Below are positions 60,201 to 64,000 of a stretch of 64,000 bases of DNA, piece by piece; position 1 is the stretch's first letter; the number at the start of each line of letters is the position of its first letter. This DNA is from a candidate division WOR-3 bacterium (GTDB taxonomy: Bacteria > Hydrothermota > Tepidihabitantia > SM23-42 > JAOAFX01). The position numbers and the translations under genes were made by a program. Below the pieces are notes generated by a model. The model made no database searches. It had not been told where the DNA came from and saw nothing but the letters and a program-made list of their open reading frames with translations. The stretch lies in NCBI GenBank assembly GCA_039802005.1, contig JBDRVV010000003.1:64595-128594 (forward strand). The letters run 5' to 3'.

Positions 60201-62109
60201 CAGCTCTTTTTGCTGAAAGACTGAAATACTTGTAGGCACTTTCATATCCACCGGTCTGTTCATAAAGTGTACCAAGCAACGGATAGTAATCCTTTATAAT
60301 GTCCGAAGATTCTATTACCTTTATAAGTTTATGAGAAATCTCGTTGTATTCTTCTTTATTCATAATCTGTAAAATAACCACTTTAATTATCTGGTTCGCC
60401 AATGAACATAATATTTTCCCCTGCGAAATATCTAATTTTATAAAGCCATTAATCTTTAGGAATTCAATTAAAGAATTAATATTTTCAGGTGCAAAATTGC
60501 TTAAAACAGACAAAGGCAATGAATGGTTTGCTATACTTAGTACTTTCAAAATGAGAAGTTGATTGTGATTTAAACAAGAAAGCCTTGATGACATTATTTC
60601 CTCAAGTTTAGCGGAAATTTCTAATTTTGTTAATAATTTCAAATCTACAACCCATTTATATCCTTTATATTTTAAAATTTCCTTTTGATAAAGTGTTTTG
60701 AGTGTTTCCACTATAAATAACGGATTGCCACCTGAATGTTTATGGAGCCAGAGTATAAATTCATAAAGATTGTTTTCATCTTCGGTTACAACATCTAATA
60801 AAGTTTTTTCGATTAATAATTTAATCTCATCAACGGAAAAGGGCATCAAATTTATTTTAGCAAAATTCAACTCCTCAATTTTGGGGGAAAATTTCGCACT
60901 CCCTATAATGATTGCCTCGGTATTTTCCAGACTGTGACTTATGTAACGGAATAATCCGAACTCATATTCACTCAAATTATCAATGTCATCAACAAGAATT
61001 GCCACTCTTTTATTTTTTGCAAATTCCAGGAATTTTTCTGTTATATTCATATAAATCTGTAACCGTTCAATGTCATCTCCAAAATTTACATTTTTATAAT
61101 TTATAAAATCGCCAAGGGCTTCATAAAAATGTCTTTCTGAACCAGTTGTAAAAAATAAAACATCATAACCTTTGAAAAGAAATTTATACTTCAATTCCTT
61201 TAATAATCTTGTCTTTCCTGCGCCCATCCCGCCCATCACTATAACTGCCTCGCCTTTCAAATTAAGTAATCTTTCTGTTATATCAGATATTTCTATAAAT
61301 ACAGTTGGTGGCAGATAAACTTTATAAGTAAGAATTTCGGCTTTCTTTCCTGGTAAAAATTTATTAAAAATTGCATAAAGTTCAGGAGCAGTGGGTCTCA
61401 AATTAGGTTCTTCTGCAAGGAGTTTAGCGATTGCGTTATTTATTTCTTCAGGTATGTCTTTTATCGGTCTAAAGGGCATAACTGCCTTGTTATGTGAGAT
61501 GATCTTATATATAATCATACCAAGAGAATATAAATCGCTCCTTTGGTCAGGACCAATTCCCTTAAATATCTCGGGTGCAATGTATCCGATTGTGCCCGAT
61601 GCCTTGATTTGTTGGCTCGTTATTCCTGCAAAACCAAAGTCAATGAGCACAGCCTTTTTTTGTGCGGTATCGTAAATAATATGCTCGGGTTTTAAATCGC
61701 TGTGCACATAACCCTTGTTATGAAAGGCGGACAGTGCGTTGATTACCTGAATCATTGCCTCCAACAAATCGTTATTAAAACCGACAAAACACTCATCTAT
61801 AGGTCTCCCATTTATATATTCCATAGTAAAAAAAGAAAAACCATCCTTTGTTGTTGCATATTCATATACAGATACAATATTGGGATGATGAAACTGCGAA
61901 AGAATCTGAAATTCTCGGGCAATCAATTGATTAAACTCAGGAACATTGTCTTTCGCTATCTTTAATATTATATCTTTATTTTTCTCCCTAACTCTGAAAA
62001 CAACTGAATAATTCCCAACCTCCAATCTTTCCAGTATTTCATATCCATTTATTTTCTTTGGGATATTATCCATTGTAGAATAGTCTATTTCTTTTTTAGA
62101 TTTTGTCAA
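57235..62109 (-). CDS. 1624-aa multidomain regulator: Hanks-type Ser/Thr kinase + STAND/AAA_16 P-loop NTPase + TPR array + GAF + sigma-54 activator AAA+ domain (GAFTGA) + Fis-type HTH
   Basis: Kinase motifs ILKIAK, HSDLKPEH, DFGFAG and GTIGYIAPE. P-loop GGMGAGKT with Walker B LVDDID. More than 10 TPR-like repeats. GAF block LVINTTNAERGALFI. EBP core VLITGETGVGKG, GAFTGA, TVFLDEI and NVRELQN. C-terminal HTH TAKILGVSRRTIERYIKK. Confidence 0.8.
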   Translation of the reverse strand: MTKSKKEIDYSTMDNIPKKINGYEILERLEVGNYSVVFRVREKNKDIILKIAKDNVPEFNQLIAREFQILSQFHHPNIVSVYEYATTKDGFSFFTMEYINGRPIDECFVGFNNDLLEAMIQVINALSAFHNKGYVHSDLKPEHIIYDTAQKKAVLIDFGFAGITSQQIKASGTIGYIAPEIFKGIGPDQRSDLYSLGMIIYKIISHNKAVMPFRPIKDIPEEINNAIAKLLAEEPNLRPTAPELYAIFNKFLPGKKAEILTYKVYLPPTVFIEISDITERLLNLKGEAVIVMGGMGAGKTRLLKELKYKFLFKGYDVLFFTTGSERHFYEALGDFINYKNVNFGDDIERLQIYMNITEKFLEFAKNKRVAILVDDIDNLSEYEFGLFRYISHSLENTEAIIIGSAKFSPKIEELNFAKINLMPFSVDEIKLLIEKTLLDVVTEDENNLYEFILWLHKHSGGNPLFIVETLKTLYQKEILKYKGYKWVVDLKLLTKLEISAKLEEIMSSRLSCLNHNQLLILKVLSIANHSLPLSVLSNFAPENINSLIEFLKINGFIKLDISQGKILCSLANQIIKVVILQIMNKEEYNEISHKLIKVIESSDIIKDYYPLLGTLYEQTGGYESAYKYFSLSAKRAETMNDIKEAIFYYEKIINCCQSIEPSAYQNILLKLGNLYANQGDNQKAIEYYKSGLNFPEVRNKCLSGLGRAYTNMGYFHNAIEVLDLSKSTDTKDYIDNAHRLAYCYMNINRFEDSEKILNDLLNLCTEIKDYESLASTMYYFTTLEWFREDYKKAKDICFNLLEFCEQNNLKKQYAYAANMLSSIYAQLGDIDESMKYIDKAIKEFENEKIYNGYLSSLINRAFLFIDKGQITEAVSDFEIALKGVQKANIKPMQHAVLIYLAGLYQDTCKFARAIEYFNMALNIEPDSVYAFYGLAMNYYRLGEIEKAKDILEEQIKTKEEVVYLAGLGKIYAALGKQKMAEDYMDKALNRMKEEKILQPLKIEVFLIASDFYLGNSDLSRALTYASKAEELSTPLSRERKVATSLVKIVKFRSKQIDELDIEETLSKLRENDYLFDYAFLQRLKIEAILERGIEPEKIKDIAEQIYATENILKTIGAKYELTKIREIMVEFYPQILKDYERRKMPDRYLNTFSNLAELINSHLGDEDFIASILDLVINTTNAERGALFISTEEGMELAAGRNMDKRTIRDAGELSKTAIDEVNKNHIVFVPDALQDSRFNIRRSVLLNQIRTILCIPLIIGDRIVGAIYLDSTLPGSMFGEQDRDFLITVSKILASVIDKSMSFKNLREEFVQLRDGTVLEIGKGYIMGKSRVLKKIYNLINDVAPTDTPVLITGETGVGKGMIARLIHLKSRRKDKKFVNINCGTIPETLLESELFGYKKGAFTGAVADKKGLLEEANGGTVFLDEITNTSPAFQAKMLEAIEDKVIRRLGETQTRKIDVRFLFATNKEIDIEVEEGRFRRDLYYRINVFIIKVPSLRERIEDIPLLANFFLQLKCKELNKTIEGFSDDALKLLKEYPWPGNVRELQNIVERAAVLAKSKIIRVGDIGFNREREMLPIREITKEAVRNALNTTNWSIKETAKILGVSRRTIERYIKKFNLNKN

Positions 62110-62125
62110 CTGGTTTTCTTACTCT

Positions 62126-62154
62126 AAAAAAAAGGGCAGGGTGTAGCCCTGCCC
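62126..62154 (-). terminator. Intrinsic terminator of the OmpA-family gene (GGGCAGGGC-taca-CCCTGCCC + U8 on the minus strand)
   Basis: 8-bp GC stem at 62134-62154 followed, on the minus strand, by the T8 run encoded at 62126-62133. Confidence 0.6.
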
Positions 62155-62172
62155 TATAGAGAAAAGAAGTTT

Positions 62173-64000
62173 TTAGTCTACGCTGAGTATCTTGAATTCA
62201 ATCCTTCGGTTCAAATCCCTGCCCGACTTTGTGCGATTATCAGCAACTGGCTGTGTTTCACCATAACCACGCACTTCAAGGCGGGATGGATCAATATTAT
62301 GATACCTCACAAGATATTCTTTTACTGCATTTGCCCTTTCATAAGAGAGTTTCATATTATAAGAATCAGAACCGATGCTATCTGTATGGCCGCCAATCTC
62401 TATCCTCATTTTGGGTTTTGCAATCAGGACCTTTGCTGCATCATCAAGAACAGGATAAGATTCAGGTTTAATCACTGCCGAATTGAATTCAAAATAGATA
62501 CCCCGTAAGATGATCTTTTCACCCGCTTTCGGCTCTTTCCTTAATGAGAAATTTTGGACTTTTGTTTCATCTTTGGCAATCACTACTGGAGCGGTTTCGA
62601 CTATATAACCCTGTGCCTCTACTTTCAATACATAAGTGCCCGGGGCAAGTGTAACCTTATATATGCCCGTTGCGGGGTCAGTGGAGATTGCGGGGATATT
62701 CGCATCAACGAATGAAATTTGTGCGAGGATTGGCTTTTCATCATCTTTATCCACTACTTTTCCTACAAGAGTCCCCTGGGCAAGAACGACTTTATTGAGC
62801 GCGACATCTATAACTTTTGTATCACCTTCCTGGAGACTAACCACCTTTTCATCAAATTGATAACCAGTTGCCTCTACGCGAATTCGGAAAGTTCCGGGGA
62901 CAAGAATTGCGGAATACATTCCAGAAGTATCTGATGTAATTGATGGAAACTGGGTTTGTGGAAAAGTTATTGTTGCAACGATCGGCTGCTTAGTCTCCGC
63001 ATCAAATATCTTACCAATTACTTTTGCTACTTCTTTTTTGTTCAAGGCAAAATCAAGGATTATCTGATCTCCATCTTTCAAAACAACACCTTGCTCTTTC
63101 CAGCGATAACCTTCGGATTCAACATGGATCCTAAAACTTCCCGGTGAAAATGAAGTCTCGTAAGTACCATTTGCGGAGGTTTGAACCGCTTCTTTATCTG
63201 AACCGGGGAATGTAATTGTAGCAATAATCGGTTCACCGGTTTTTGCATCGTAAACCCTTCCAGAAACCTTGGCAATCGGGATATGGACTTCAACTTTCTT
63301 TATCAAATCCGCACCACCTGAAATATTGAAAAATGCCTTCCACCAGAAATCGGGATTTCTTTCTGGATTCAGTATTCCTAATTCACATCCCATATCAAAA
63401 CTAACGCTGCGCGCACCGAATCTTAATCCTGGCGTAACCCATAGTGATTCAACTTTACTATTCATATCAAAATAGCCAAAAGCCTCAAAAAGAAGTCTTA
63501 CATCTTCCGAAGGAATCAATTCAATTCCTCCACCATGAATCACATAATTGGGTCTTTGAGAAAAATCCGCATCAGCAACATAATCAGGTTTATGATCAAT
63601 CCCTACACGTAAATATCCTGCATTCAGATGGGTAGCAAACGGTCCAATACGGAAATCAAACAGGCCGGTTCCTATGATATCAGGGTCATGAGGTATATGG
63701 GGTGGGAAATGCGGTGGATATGGACTTCCACCTGGCGCATATGCTTCAGGAAATGAATCTGAATAAAATCTTTTATCACATTCATAGGCATTGTTAAAAT
63801 ACTCGCGAGATAGCCCGGGACCAAAATTAACTGCACAATGAACACCGAATGCGTATAGCAGTGGTGTCTGTTTATCAACAATAATTGGATAACCTATCTT
63901 TCCACCAACTTCAATCGTCTCAAAACCAATCACTGGGTCAGGGTCTCCTCTATCCTGTGGGTAATTATTCATTTCAAACCATTTCGTATAAGGTGTAGCA
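62173..64000 (-). CDS. OmpA-family outer-membrane protein with three CarboxypepD_reg-like repeats; 5' end likely beyond the window
   Basis: C-terminal OmpA domain (FEFNSAVIKPESYPVLD...IEIGGHTDSIGSDSYNMKLSYERANAV...RRIEFKI). Three GKVxDxxTxxPIxATITF...GTYxxxxxPGxFRIxVEAxGY repeats. The reading frame stays open upstream of the M at 63972 to the window edge. Confidence 0.7.
   Translation of the reverse strand, partial: ATPYTKWFEMNNYPQDRGDPDPVIGFETIEVGGKIGYPIIVDKQTPLLYAFGVHCAVNFGPGLSREYFNNAYECDKRFYSDSFPEAYAPGGSPYPPHFPPHIPHDPDIIGTGLFDFRIGPFATHLNAGYLRVGIDHKPDYVADADFSQRPNYVIHGGGIELIPSEDVRLLFEAFGYFDMNSKVESLWVTPGLRFGARSVSFDMGCELGILNPERNPDFWWKAFFNISGGADLIKKVEVHIPIAKVSGRVYDAKTGEPIIATITFPGSDKEAVQTSANGTYETSFSPGSFRIHVESEGYRWKEQGVVLKDGDQIILDFALNKKEVAKVIGKIFDAETKQPIVATITFPQTQFPSITSDTSGMYSAILVPGTFRIRVEATGYQFDEKVVSLQEGDTKVIDVALNKVVLAQGTLVGKVVDKDDEKPILAQISFVDANIPAISTDPATGIYKVTLAPGTYVLKVEAQGYIVETAPVVIAKDETKVQNFSLRKEPKAGEKIILRGIYFEFNSAVIKPESYPVLDDAAKVLIAKPKMRIEIGGHTDSIGSDSYNMKLSYERANAVKEYLVRYHNIDPSRLEVRGYGETQPVADNRTKSGRDLNRRIEFKILSVD

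Overview
AT-rich 64-kb chromosomal segment, probably from an uncultivated FCB-superphylum bacterium. The lineage guess rests on the many secreted proteins that carry Por/T9SS-type C-terminal sorting domains. No transposase, integrase, CRISPR array or rRNA is seen. Main contents, in order: (1) 1-9042, a plus-strand block of T9SS cargo genes: a BNR/Asp-box repeat protein (5' partial), two gingipain-like C25 cysteine-peptidase paralogs and an M14 carboxypeptidase. Three of these share a near-identical sorting-domain cassette, at the DNA level, that is full of heptanucleotide tandem repeats. (2) cysE, a methyltransferase, a secreted glycoside-hydrolase-like protein and an M28 peptidase (the last two also T9SS cargo). 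(3) 16174-23904, a consensus sigma-70 promoter, tRNA-Thr(GGU), tuf, and the S10 and spc ribosomal-protein genes from rpsJ through rpsZ. This block stops abruptly after S14 and is replaced by small hypothetical genes and a cytoplasmic caspase-fold protein. (4) 25648-26214, a 500-bp regulatory island: TTGCA-N4-TGCAA palindromes, a sigma-54-type promoter and a hairpin-terminated ~75-nt transcript, which makes a candidate sigma-54-dependent sRNA or leader, followed by a Fis-like HTH gene. (5) A NikR-controlled Ni/Co ECF uptake locus (OM beta-barrel, DUF4198, CbiM, accessory protein, CbiQ, CbiO) in which the same GTGTTA-N15-TAACAC operator occurs twice. (6) An HD protein and leuB/leuC/leuD. (7) An operon of lipoprotein, GT2 processive glycosyltransferase, Trm112-like zinc ribbon and a 1280-aa C25 peptidase. 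(8) More T9SS cargo, PepC, an MFS transporter, a lipid kinase, SppA, a GH84-like O-GlcNAcase, tRNA-Leu(CAG), a GT-C-like membrane protein and an ICMT methyltransferase. (9) The most unusual item: a 1624-aa single polypeptide combining a Hanks Ser/Thr kinase, a STAND P-loop NTPase, TPRs, GAF, a sigma-54 activator (GAFTGA) and a Fis-type HTH. It lies next to an HD-GYP c-di-GMP phosphodiesterase gene that has a near-consensus sigma-54 promoter and two TGCGACA-N3-TGTCGCA palindromes. (10) A partial OmpA-family gene at the 3' edge.
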